A stretch of DNA of 64,000 nucleotides from Amoebophrya sp. A120 (taxonomy: Eukaryota; Protista; Dinoflagellata), in assembly GCA_905178155.1 (NCBI GenBank), contig CAJINV010000003.1, positions 1,900,395 through 1,964,394 on the forward strand, written 5' to 3'. Under the pieces are notes generated by a model. That model had not been told where the DNA came from and ran no database searches. It saw nothing but the letters and a program-made list of their open reading frames with translations. This document shows, piece after piece, positions 34,506 through 46,490 of this stretch (the first letter of the stretch is position 1; each line of letters starts with the position of its first letter). Both the position numbers and the translations under genes were made by a program.

Positions 34506-36686
34506 TCAATCTGCCTCTTTGTCGAGTTTCAGCGCCATTTTCTTCTTGCACTGCTTTTCGTGGTTCTGCATCCGCGTCTTCGCCCCGATTTTCTGTTGGT
34601 ACTTCCGTGGCCACGGGATCTCGTGGCTGGCGCATACCGGGCATCGAATCCGCGTCAGCTTGAACTTGCTCGCCTCGCCGTCAGGGAGGAAGCGCTCCGG
34701 TGGAAGAACGTGCCTCATCTTGAGCGTGTACTTCGGTGGTATGATGCAGTTGCCTGACTTGCCATCCAAAAACTCCTCGACCGGAACGCAATAGTCTCCT
34801 GGTTCCGACACGAGACGCACGAATTCGCCCGCTTCGTGCAAGTTCAAGTGCGCCTGCAATGCTCGGAGGCTCCCACCCAGATTCACATCGCAGGTTCTGC
34901 ATCGCAACACCCCACCTTCGCCAGGGGAAGGCCCATAGATACCGTCCGAGTCCGCAATAATCTTCTCCTCCTGCTGCGCCGTCGCGTCGTTGCTGAGTTC
35001 CACCTGCTTCGCCCGTAGCCTCTGATCTGCGTCCACGGGATCTTTATCTGCGTCCCACAGGTTCTTTATCTGGGTCCACTTGATCGTCCCGCCGAAGTCA
35101 TCCCCGTTCCGGTCATATTCTCCCACAAGTTGCCGGTAGTACTCAAACGTGACGCCGACATCCTGCAGTTTCTCTGCGGTAGCGAGGCCTGCGAAGCTCC
35201 GCAGGCGATTGATGGCTGGCGCCACGTCGCATTCCAGCTCCAGATCATTCCTGATGATGTACTCGATCACATGCAGCGAGTTCGTCTTTGCGTTGCACAA
35301 GTTGTCGAACGCCGAACTCAGTTCCTTCAAACCACGAGAGACCCCATCGACGAATTCGGCGCCCGGATCCGTCAGCCGGCTTCCGTCATCCCTGAAGAAA
35401 AAACGAAACGGAGGAAGATGATCACTGGTTCGGCAATATCTTTTGCAGTCAGGGAGGACACACTCGTGCAGCCCAAAATACTCATGAAGCAATGCCGTGA
35501 AAGCTGGTATTTGTCCGGTACTCGCAACGCCTTCCAAAATGATCTTGCAGTACAAATAGTACGGATTTGCTTCCGCCTGCGCTCTAGTTTGCAGTGGTAA
35601 TATCGGGCACGTCGTATATGATGTTGGAGTGCGGAACAAGTTTGCCGCACGGCGGGCGTCGATATTCTTTCCGTCCTCCGTCAATGCAGCGAGAGCACGG
35701 CGCAGAAGCTTCTGGCAGTCTTCTGCGGTGATTTCCTGCCTGTATGGAGGGAGGATAGCAACACGCTCGGGTTGTTGCCGTGTGGAGCCCGCGAAAAACG
35801 CTGAATAAATGGCAGCCCAGCAAAATGCCTCCCGACACGACGGTGCAAAGAATTCTCCATGAATCGCTTTGTGGTATTTTCTCCAATCCGTCGCGGAAAA
35901 GTTCAACGCCGCCCAGACAAGATTGTAGTGCCCCTTTGAACGAATATCTAGGTTCGGAGACACGGCGAGGAGGTGACTGTCGAAAACAAACGCCGATGAC
36001 GGTACGCAAAAACCACGAATCTCCTTCAGCTTCTCCTGGCTCTCGACACCACCACAATAGTGAGCTTCGCTGTAGAAAAACGCCTCCGCTTCGTCCACAG
36101 ATTGCAAGTCATGTATTGCGTCATTAAAATTAATTCGGCAGCACGAATCAAAATCTCTCTCTTGAGGTTGTCTCTTGAGGTCGTAGCTCACGCAACCAAC
36201 TCCGAACTGGTATACCGCCTGTTCAAGTTTGTCAACATCGATTTCCGTGTCGGGGTCGAGGAAGCAGTCAGGCACAGCATCGGAGTCCTCGGCTCGTCCT
36301 TCCACTGGCAAGAGGCTTTCCCAGTCCGGGTCTTCCGGAAGCACCACCTCGCTGTCTGTCATTTCCGCGTCATTTTTTGGCAACACCGAAGGAGCTGGGC
36401 CTTGTTCACCTTTCGAATCTCCACCGTCCGACGCTTCCGCTTTATCTTCGCGCACGAGCGTCCAGTGGATTAACGAAGCTGGCGGGATCAGTTCATCACC
36501 CTGGAAGAACATTTGGAGAATTCTCGGTTGGCTTAGGTCTCGCACGCGAGCCAGCCCAGCAACGTCTGCAGAGTGCTCGTCCCCAAAGAAGTTCCGAATT
36601 CGGATTTTCGCATTCCCAGAAGCGGTGGGCGGGTGGGGCGGCGAACCACGTGGTGCGTCTGCTTCTCCGCCTGCTCCAGCTAACAT
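34506..36686 (-). CDS. Hypothetical protein, paralogue copy A, with an extra C-terminal zinc-finger-like extension
   Basis: 726-aa ORF sharing about 550 aa with copy C. Extension carries CRTC-x12-HLNLH (C2H2-like) and CPVC...HEKQC. Confidence 0.8.
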   Translation of the reverse strand: MLAGAGGEADAPRGSPPHPPTASGNAKIRIRNFFGDEHSADVAGLARVRDLSQPRILQMFFQGDELIPPASLIHWTLVREDKAEASDGGDSKGEQGPAPSVLPKNDAEMTDSEVVLPEDPDWESLLPVEGRAEDSDAVPDCFLDPDTEIDVDKLEQAVYQFGVGCVSYDLKRQPQERDFDSCCRINFNDAIHDLQSVDEAEAFFYSEAHYCGGVESQEKLKEIRGFCVPSSAFVFDSHLLAVSPNLDIRSKGHYNLVWAALNFSATDWRKYHKAIHGEFFAPSCREAFCWAAIYSAFFAGSTRQQPERVAILPPYRQEITAEDCQKLLRRALAALTEDGKNIDARRAANLFRTPTSYTTCPILPLQTRAQAEANPYYLYCKIILEGVASTGQIPAFTALLHEYFGLHECVLPDCKRYCRTSDHLPPFRFFFRDDGSRLTDPGAEFVDGVSRGLKELSSAFDNLCNAKTNSLHVIEYIIRNDLELECDVAPAINRLRSFAGLATAEKLQDVGVTFEYYRQLVGEYDRNGDDFGGTIKWTQIKNLWDADKDPVDADQRLRAKQVELSNDATAQQEEKIIADSDGIYGPSPGEGGVLRCRTCDVNLGGSLRALQAHLNLHEAGEFVRLVSEPGDYCVPVEEFLDGKSGNCIIPPKYTLKMRHVLPPERFLPDGEASKFKLTRIRCPVCASHEIPWPRKYQQKIGAKTRMQNHEKQCKKKMALKLDKEAD

Positions 36687-39600
36687 CGTCTGCTTTTTCA
36701 GAATGAGAAAATCGAAATTTATAGATTTGTTTCTCTACTCTCAATTTTCACTTTGCGTTCTGATTCCAAGGCCAAACCACACCAAGAACTGATGAGAGAG
36801 CCAGAAAAAGTGTTGAAATTATTGGCATGGAAAAATCATGTTGCGAGAGGTTCATTTGTGAGAGTAAGGAGCTGGAGATGAGGAGGATAGAGAGCGAAGA
36901 AATTTGAAATCGAAGCGAAGGAATTTAAAATCTCTCTCAGAACCCTCAGGCGCGATCGCGAATGAATGACCGACCAGAAGATGACCAAACGATACCGAAA
37001 TCGAAACCCTCGTATCCCGTATCGACCGAAGAATCAAAAATCTAATCGAAGGATGCGGGACACTTCTGTATCCGTCCCTATCCAGGGAGGCGGAACATTG
37101 CATTTCCGTCCCCTGCCAAAAATCTTCGCTCTTTCATGCACCCCTCTCAATAGCTGCTCGGACTCCCTACAGCCGGCGCACGACGGCTAGATAAGAACAC
37201 GAGGCGAAGACAAAACGCGGACAATCTTGATACGAATCAGGCACGGCCGCTATAGGCAAAAAAGTGCTTTGGTTTTTATGGCTGCCCAAATGGGCGGCCA
37301 CTGTTGTGCATCGGTTTCCAGTTTGTTCTTGTTTCGTCGTAAAGCGTCTCCATTCATAAACCCCAATCTTTCCACTTTCGCGTCGTGATTCCATCGCGGT
37401 TTCCTCATGATCCAATTTTGCTTCGTATGGAGGTTTATGCTTTCTTTTTGTGCCTGCTGCTGATCGTGTTGATTCGATACTACGTCTAGGTCTCGAGTGG
37501 TAGATCGACATCCACACCACCCAAGAAAAGAGAGAAAAATATGCGAAGCATGTAGAGGAAAGCTCTATACCATGCGAAATAGATTCTCACGCAAAACGAG
37601 CCAACACTAGTGACATGCGCATACTTTTGAGGTTCAAAATATTTGCGCTAGTATTTTGAACGTGTGTAAACCGGTCCGGCTGAGTGTAAAGTTTTTTTTT
37701 GAATTTCTATACAAAACGGAGGCCAATCCGCCTTAGCTCGTCAGCATACTATCGCGAAGGGCTTCGCGACATGATCTGGACGCTCGCGCTAGTATGCGTC
37801 GGAACGAATAAAAGCCGTCTTTCTGCAAGTGCTTTTGCCGAATATTCTTCAAGCACAACCTGGCAGCTGTCTGGAGGTTTACAACTATATTTTCGACAGT
37901 AGATAAAGCACGGTCAGTTATTTGCCGAATTGGCTGACAAGTTTTTCGACTGTTGCTACATGTAGTTGCACTTGCTAAAAACGTCGAGAGGAGGAGGAGG
38001 AGGACACCTCTATAGTCAGCTTCTAACTACTAAGCTACTCTCTTTTTTAAGCTAACCATAGGACATGTTTCTGAGGACGACTAGCCGAGCTGGGGATAGG
38101 TTTTTACGGGTACGGGTGCGGTGTGGCGAGTAGTGTAGCACCTAAAACTTGTGCCAAGTACGACTACTTGTGCTCGACAGACTCGGGCACTGCAAAGCAG
38201 TTAAACCCTCCACCATAGCACTACACTAATAAGACTATTGCTTCCCGATGCGTGTATGCAGGGCGGGCCACCAAAAGTGGTCTTGTAGTGAAGTAACAGT
38301 CGAACTAGCGCGCCAAGTCTGAGCACAGACTTAATCCTAAACCCTGTCTATTGTATCATCCTCGTATTAAGTACTAGCTTCTTGTACGAAAACTTTTCTG
38401 CTTTTGAACTTGTAACGCTGCTTGTAGGTATACCCTAAACCCGTCTACGTCTACGCGCGTGCTGCGTGCCGACGGTCTTTCTAACTGGCACCATATACAC
38501 TAGAGCAGCTTCTTCTACAAAACAAAGCTTTTTACAAAAACGGCTTTCATTCCGTGCCAGGCGCTAACGCGCGGGCATGCCTCGCGACTAACGTTATTGC
38601 ACTCCTCCGCATGCCGCCAGTATCCACCACTACAAATTTCATACAAAACCGGCCGGGGCCTATTACTACGGATCCCCCACACGACAAATAGCCCCGCCGG
38701 GTGTATAAACCTGGGGCTCCAGTGCCGAGCAAGATCACCGGGGGGAGGACTAAGCTAGGCCTTTTTGGCATAGTGTACTTAAACTATCGCCCCCGTTTAT
38801 ATAGCGTGGCGCGGCGTGTTACGTCTAGGGGTAGCACCGACGTACAATCGGAGGCGCTAGTAAAGTTTTCTTGTCTTCTAAAACTTGGTCTGGACGCCGG
38901 CCAAGCGTAAGTACTAAAATAAATTTCATACAGCTTTTTATTTTTACTTCTACTTCTGTTTCCTCCTTTTTTCACCACACCGTACTACGTACTTACTCGC
39001 TTTTTTTCACGCGCTGTTTTTCGGCAGCAACAATCAACATCAACAGCTCTGTCCTTTGTTGTTCAGTTCTCTTTTTCAGCCGCCTCATACAAAACCCTGC
39101 TGCCTACAGCTTCCTCAACCTCAAAATTTTCCTTGCCCGCATGTAATAGACGGCGGAATTTGGCACGGTCGGGAATCTGGGCAATAGGCCGGAAAACGCG
39201 CGCTGAAGCCGTGAAACCGCTCAAACCGGCTCCGGGGCGCGTGAAGCCGTGAAACCAACGCCACGAAGTAGTCTTTTCCAGAATTCGGCAACAGCAGACT
39301 CGAGGTGGGGCGGCGAGGGGGGCGTAGAGAAGCGGGGGCATGGCGCCGCAGCTGAATGTTGAGGACGAGCGGGAAGCTTTCATCGGTGGCCACGTGTAGC
39401 CGACACGTCGGGGCTATCGGTAGCTGTCGGGTCTGCAACACCGTCGGAGTAACCGGAGATGTTGCCCCGGGGTGGTGAAAAATGTACAGGTTGTAAATCA
39501 GGGCGGTATGGTGAAAAAAGGCCGTAGACGCCGTGCACCCGTCCCGACCGGCTACGGATCGGGGAACTCGACGTGAAAATGGGCGGCGGGGGCTGAAGCT

Positions 39601-41035
39601 GAGCTGGCTTCCCATGTCGGGTTCCTTAGGTCAGGGTCGAAGTAAATAGGTGGGCAAATAGCCCTGCCAGGTGTTTTTATATCGTGGGTTTTTATATCGT
39701 GGACAAATAGCCCTGCCAGGTGTACAAAACCTAGGACTTCAGTGCCACGACCCATGAAGATCTCCTTTTCTCCGCTCAAGGCCCGTCCCCGAGTCTGTAC
39801 TGCAAACGCCCCCATGGTGTCGCTGGCCGCTTGAATGTAGTGGCTCGCTGGATCCGCGGTAGTTGTATCTGCCTGCTGTACGTCTTCACGTGATGTCGTA
39901 ATTTCCCGGTGGAGAGACGACGCAACATACTAGCTACTACACCGTGATCCGTGTCAAACCACAGCGAGAGAGCTCGGGGCGCAAAGTTTGGATTTGTGGC
40001 GCTGGAGCGACAACAGGGTCGAGACCGAAGCCCGTAACCAGAGTGCCCAGACGCCACGCCTGTTTGACGAGAAGAATTGAGCCACTACTGACGAATGGTT
40101 GTGAGGGCGAAGCAACAGAGTTACCTGTCGGCTGAAGCCCACAGTGGAGGATTCCCAATCCCTCCACCGTCGACATGAAGTAGTCCAGAATGATGATATA
40201 TGTAAAAACGCCGCCCGATCCGACGCAGTACAGAAAGCTCCCCCGTCGTCGATCCTCGGTGACCCTTCCCCCGTCGTTGGCGGAGGTCCTCCTGTCGCGC
40301 GTGTAGGCGCGTCCACGTCCGACGTCGTTAAGAAGGGCGCTGCTCTCGAGCTAGCGGGCTGTGCTGATGCACAAAGAGAGATAGCCTGGGTGGAATCAAA
40401 GGAATAACCAGGGGAACGGAGAAAGATCGACGAGGACAAGCCCACGGGTTCCCCTCACTGACATGTCCTGCGCCCTCGTCCCTAAGAAAAACGCAGGCCC
40501 TTGTCGCGTCGCTCGATCACGGCACGAAGGTCACGACCACGGCGGGCGCGGGTGGAGTGTATAACTAATCTATGCACTATGTCTATATTTATTGGCCCGG
40601 TTTCTATACTTTCTTTTTTACTCTTACTATAGTTATTGCTATCCGAGGCCGTCTATCTAACTCCTTGGCGGGGCTACGCGGTGACCCGTGCTGCGGTGGC
40701 GCTGTCAGTGAGAGGGACGGCGTCATTATTTTGCTTCTACTCTGGACCGACGTTGTTTGGTTCCTAAAGGGACGAGGCTCGCTGGGGCCCCCTGCAGCAT
40801 CCAGGGACCCTCTCGAGGCCCCTCGCCCCCACGGTTTTTGGTTGATTTCCAAGTAGTATCCGTTCTCATCGACGACGAAGAACAAACGACGAAGAACAAA
40901 ATGCCTCCATCGCTACGGTAGCGCATCTCCCTGTGATGACCGACGCCGGACTTCAAAAGTTCCATTGACAGATGCGTTTGTCCTTGGAGATAATTGCTGT
41001 TCTTGGAGATAATTGCTGTCGAAGTACTTCCTTCC

Positions 41036-41149
41036 TTCAAAACTACTTCTTCCTTCAAAACTACTTCTTCCTTCAAAACTACTTCTTCCTTCAAAACTAC
41101 TTCTTCTTTCAAAACTACTTCTTTCAAAACTACTTCTTTCAAAACTACT
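41036..41149. repeat. Minisatellite, 7 copies of TTCAAAACTAC core (period 18 then 15 bp)
   Basis: Cores start at 41036, 41054, 41072, 41090, 41108, 41123 and 41138. Confidence 0.95.
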
Positions 41150-41922
41150 AATCTAGCGTACAGTGCGACCTTTCAACATCGCTATCGGTACGGCGTGACT
41201 GTGACGTTTCTTTGAAAGAAGATGCTACTTCTACAAAAATACGATGAATGTCATTGTTTGCTAAAAACGTCGAGCCACAGTCTTTAATTATCCGTACCGC
41301 TTTTTTTTGTCCTCTCTTCTTGCTGTGTCAACTATGGGAAATCACTGCTCACAAGACGCTAAAGACCTTTGTTTATATATCGTGATCATGATCACCAGCC
41401 TAGCAAAGGGGGGGACTGCGACTGCTAGGGGAGGTTCTTCGTCTTGTCTGTGCTGTTTCAGATTCACGCACACACTATTGCACGTGGTCTTGCGATTTTG
41501 TTTGTGTTTCCTCAGCAGGTCTAAAAATCCACGCATATCAGGCCAGGGCGGTGGTGCGTACGCTATAAAGCGGAATAGGTCCAGGGTAGCATTCCACATG
41601 TGGCCAGGGTTATCGATATGCCATTCCACCACATGGGACGCTATAAAGCGGAATAGCAGAATAGGGCCCTATGCGGATAGCATATTCACGCCATAAACTG
41701 GACTAGCATTATGCTAGTCCAGTTTAGTTCTCTTAGAGAAAACATAATGCGCTAGTTCTGGAACTAAGTGCAACGACATGGACGGTAACGTTATGGGTTT
41801 CTACTAGAACTAAGCGCAACGACATGGGCTCTATGGGACTACATCTACTACGGGGATTTCTGGTGAACGAGCGCTGAGGAAATTTTTGGTTTCCGTTGGT
41901 TTATTTGAAGATAAATTTGGAT

Positions 41923-41954
41923 AACCCTAAACCCTGAAACCTAAGCCAAACCCT
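41923..41954. repeat. Degenerate interstitial telomere-like (CCCTAAA) tract
   Basis: AACCCTAAACCCTGAAACCTAAGCCAAACCCT. Shorter matches at 38336 and 38432. Confidence 0.45.
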
Positions 41955-42098
41955 GGGAGATCCCGCCGCGACGGACGCCCATCTTGTCAAGCGCGATCCC
42001 TACATGCATACGTTTTTTGGAAAAGGAAAGCAAAAAGAAAAGGATTGACTATTTTATGATAAGTAAATTTTTCTTTTTTTCCTAGTTTTTCCTATTTT

Positions 42099-44761
42099 TT
42101 ATCCTTTTCTTACAAAAGATTGCGTTCCAAAAGATGTCCATAATTCCTTCTTTAGCTTTTCATTTAACGATAATACCTCACCCATTTTCTTGACAACACC
42201 CTCCCACAGCTTCTCGAGACATGTGGTAGCATCGAAAAAAATAATCGGCGCGCCGTCGTCCGTAAATCGTCCTCCCCTTCCCGTCGTCTTGCAACCTTTG
42301 CTCTTATTCAAAAAAACAAAAAGCCGAAGCTGGTTCCACCACTCCGGCACCGGAGCAGAATCTCGCGAGTCCGCAACAAGACCATGTTCACCGTCGCCGC
42401 CCGCTGCCAATACAGAGGCCAGCTCCGCCCGTAATAAATCTGCACGGCTCATGCCAGCTCCCTCCAGCGCGCTGCGCGCGGACTGCGGACTTATCAAAAG
42501 GAAAAATCCCCACTCCTCATATCGAAAACGAAATTAGTGAGTTGAGACACGAGCCGACTTGTATGACTAGAAGGCCAAGAGACGCAGTTGTGGCCTCGTT
42601 TGCAGGCAATTCGTCGTGCTGTTTCCCCATATCAGCTGCCTCCTGTCATGCTGCAGATGCAATGCCTTCCCACGCCACCCAGCACTACAGTCCGCATCTT
42701 TTCCCTTCTAGCATGACAAAAACAAAACGATTTGTGTACCCGAATCCCGCATCACATACTTCCATTTTGATATGGGAAGGGGGGGGTTTTCCGTTCGATA
42801 AACCTCCGCCCCGAACTACGCGGCGGCGACCGATTTCCACGGCGGGCCGCGTTCCGCGCGGACCGCGACCTCCGCATCCCGGTAGTACGCGGCGACGGCG
42901 ACGCGGCGGCGCTCGTCGGCCCCATCGCTTCCCAGGCTCGGGTGATAACGTCCACGCGGCGGGTAGAGGCCACCTCTGATAGTCTCATCTCGACGATGGT
43001 CCGAAAAAGCGGAACCCATTTCCGCCGCTCGTCAAGCTCGACGTCATTGCTATTAATTGTTTTCACCGCTCTAAGAACCCATTCCTCCACTTTCTCAAGC
43101 TTAAGCTTGCGCTGATTATGAAGCTCTAGCACCACGCCATACTGGTACTCCCCCTCTTGAAGGTTTGCCTCGCGCTTTTCCAGCTTTGTAAGCAATGTGG
43201 CGAAAGTGCCGCTTGTTTTCAAGATATAGTCGGCAACCGCCTGCCCATGTGAAATCTTGCGTGTTCCTTCATCGTTCTCGATTTCGACTAGTTCAGCAGA
43301 AAGCCACGCATCCCGGAAAAAGGCCCAGTATCCACGGCCATGACGTTGGTCCTCGGCCTCCCGACCCATCCCAGATGGCTTAAACACGTTGGGGTATTGT
43401 GAGGAAAAATCCCTCCTCCCCAATGTGAAAGTGAAAACTTATATATAATGCTGATTCGCGGCCACAAATCACAGACTTGTCTTGCAGAAAGTGCTTGGCG
43501 GTATTTTCTATAGCCTGTTCGGGAATGCAGAAGGGTAGCAGTTGGGCATGGCAAACAGGACTAAAGTAGTCGAAAGCGCGCGACGGACTGGCTGCAGGAT
43601 GCGCCACAAGGCTCATATTACTCTATATGCAACACAAAGGTGATAGGTTTTCGGCCACAAATCAGCATCACCAATTTCCATTTTGATATGGGGAGGGGGG
43701 ATTTTTCACTTTGATATGGGGAGTTGGTTGGCCACTTGCAGTTTCTGCTTTTCCTCGTCGGTCAGGGGTGAACATTTTCGCTGCAGGACCTCTTTTGGCA
43801 CTTCAGAGCCTTTTAGTGTGTCCACCGCCTGGCTCGTGTTCCCGTCTGCCGTGGGGGCGCGTAGTTCGCCTGCCCTTTTGGCCTCATCGAAAGCGGTGCG
43901 CAGCGCGTTTTCTTCCAGCTGCTTCCGGCGCGCGGCCTCCTCTCGGTTCCTTTTCGCTTCCGCGCGCCGCTGCTCCTCGAGGAACTTCTTGCGCTCACCC
44001 TGCCGGAAGTCGCGCAACTTTTGCGCTTCCTGCAGTTCCCGTTCCCTGTCTGAATCCGACTCACTGCCACGGCCGACCGGAGAACCAAAAAGGTGCCTTT
44101 GCTTTTCCAAAACTTCTTGCGACGCCTCAACAGCTCCGTTCGGTCGACTCCGGAACCCAGCCTTTAATCTTTCGAACTCTTGTAAAGCTGGGACGATAAT
44201 GCGTCTCATCTTCAATAACCGATCGTCTCCGATGTCGTGCCTGATTTTTTCCCCCGCACTCATTGGAAGGACCACATCGAGCACCCCCTTGCACTCCTCC
44301 CGCGCCACCAGTGCCGACCGAGCGTTCAAACAGTCCCGCGAAACCTGCAGCCTGCGCACAGGTTTCTTGGCTTCCACCCAAAGCCTAGGGTTAGCAGCAG
44401 CTGTGCCGGACTGTTGAAGTGCCGCGCTGTATTCCTCAAGTCCATGCGTCGCGTCAGTCGCGATGGCCTCCAACAGTTTTCCAATCTTGGCAATCGTCTT
44501 GATGCGATCGCGGACAGTGCCATTTTTAGACGTATGTTTCTCCACCCATTCTTCCCGCTTGTACACCGGCGCCCCTGCAGGCGCCGTCTTGGTTTCCACG
44601 TACTCGACCAGAACGGCATCCATATTGTCCTGCGGATTTTTATGGCAATGATACTGCACCGCCGTCGCAAGGTCGAAGCACCGCTGCAAATCTAGTGCAA
44701 GCGTGGCGGGCATGGAGATCAATAACAAAAACGCAACGACCCGCAAGTAGGACGAGAGCAT
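42099..44761 (-). CDS. Hypothetical protein of about 673 aa with predicted signal peptide and coiled coil, split by two TIR-bearing introns
   Basis: ORFs 43706-44812, 42752-43423 and 42099-42497 fuse in frame (VANQLP|NVFKP and SSGR|SPQSA) after removing 327 and 314 nt. N-terminus MLSSYLRVVAFLLLISMPATLA. Confidence 0.8.
42492..42800. mobile_element. Introner/MITE-like element A (309 bp), within a GT-AG intron 42490-42803
   Basis: Inverted termini TATCAAAAGGAAAAATCCCC... versus TATCGAACGGAAAACCCCCC..., 30/40 matching by eye. Flanks on the minus strand AGGTT / AGTCC. Confidence 0.8.
43395..43716. mobile_element. Introner/MITE-like element B (322 bp), non-canonical intron
   Basis: Imperfect TIRs with core GAAAAATCCC(T/C)CCTCCCCA. 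Perfect 5-bp direct repeat TGGGG at 43390-43394 and 43717-43721. Removal restores the frame. Confidence 0.85.
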
Positions 44762-46490
44762 CTTCAGAGGTTTATGAACAATCATTATGGAGCTCGTAGT
44801 TGTGTTTGACAATTCGAAATCGAGTATATTAGTACGAAGTAAAAGTAAGTTAAAGTTTGCAGTCGGCTACAAGAATAATAAAGCCACAACGTGAGTTTTG
44901 CAATTGTAGCTGTTCTCGCTTTCCTCGATGGTCTTCTAGGTTAGAAGGGGACGACCTAATTTTTTGCTCGACAATTGTGTTGTTGCTAAAGTTGCGGGTA
45001 TTCCTTTGCTCCGGGTAGAAAAGACTCCTTTTGTTAAAGGCGGGATGGGGCTATGAAATGTTTAAGCCTTTTCTTCTTGGAAAAAATGAAATAGCTGTAG
45101 AAAAACGGCGCTGCTTGCAAAAATGAAGATATAGTTAAACAGTTTGCAAAATGAACCAATCCAAACACTTGACAAGTGACAACAAGTGACAATCGATTTT
45201 TCATGATTGTCACTTGTTCGATTCAAGCGAGGACACTTCTATCAAAACCGAAAGAGTATCAAAAACGTAAACGCGTCCCCGCTCCACCATAATATAAAAC
45301 GATCGCGATCAGAGCCGACTTTTCCTCATGACATGCAGCTTGTTAGCGTGTGGAAGGAGACACTGGACCGGCAAATTTCTGCGCACCGACGTGGTCCCAA
45401 GATCTACTTATTTGCTATTCGAGCTTGATGAGTCTTTGCATGATCAAGTCTACTGTGGATCCTTTACAATTTCTGATGATGCTCCGCTTGATCGAATAAA
45501 TTAAAATTACGACTTTCAATGGATCTTCGATTTTGATCCTCAAGAATTTTCCCGATTTTTGTCTGTTCTTTTTATGCCGCAGGAGCTTCGGGGACGAGAG
45601 CGATTTTTGCCTTCCGGGTCACTGACTTGATGCACGACACCAATTGGACACCTTGCTTCAACCGACGCGTAGTGAAAGTGATCCACCTCCGTTGAAACAA
45701 AATAAATAAGAGAAGTACAACAATAAGCATAGCAAAGTAAACTAATCTAAAACATTTTAAAATAAATATGGAAAGCACACCTAGATCGCTGGTAATTTCG
45801 TTTCTCAAGAGCGGAAAGAAGGAGCATGGGGAACCTAAAGAGGGCGAAGATGAAGGGCGAGCAAGTGTTCGTTTGTAAGCATTCTTGTGGTCAGCTTCAG
45901 ATCAGACTTTTACCGTCTTGGACTTGCTATGCTTTCACTAACACGTCCATATCTTGTCCTCGTTGAGTTCGAATGTGAAGGGACTGGGTCGAAAAAAAAT
46001 CCTTCCCTTCACCGACGCAAAACAGCTGGTGGTGGTCGTGCTAGTTCCATAAATATGATCCTTGACCTTGGATAGAGCAGGTAGTTATGAAAGCTTTTCT
46101 GCAGAAAGACACCTCCTTCCGAAGTTTGAGCGAAATTTCAAGGCGCTACACGAATGAACCCTCTTCGTCTGGCTGTGGAGAGCACCGAAGGGAGATGTTC
46201 GCGGTTCGGTTCCTCTTAGACAACAATATTTTTGACGGAGCTTGCGGCTCCTCGTCTGTCGATTAGAACAAAGCGCCAGTGCCTGTGCGATTCCTGCCAC
46301 ACAAGCTTCATCAAGCAGTCTCGTGGACTACCACTGTGAAAGAAGAAGTAGAGAAACTAGTACATGCATGGCAGAGCACGTGCACGACTGCCACTGCGAG
46401 TCGAAATAATAAACATGTGCTTCGTGCGTATAGTTTTGTATGTTGAAGTTGATCCTGATACTCGTTCATCTCAACTCACCACTGTGCTCA

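Noticed and set aside
40726-41142. ORF with VVLKEE repeats
   Set aside because: The openness is explained by the 3n minisatellite and there is no other coding evidence. It is also not CRISPR, since there are no unique spacers.
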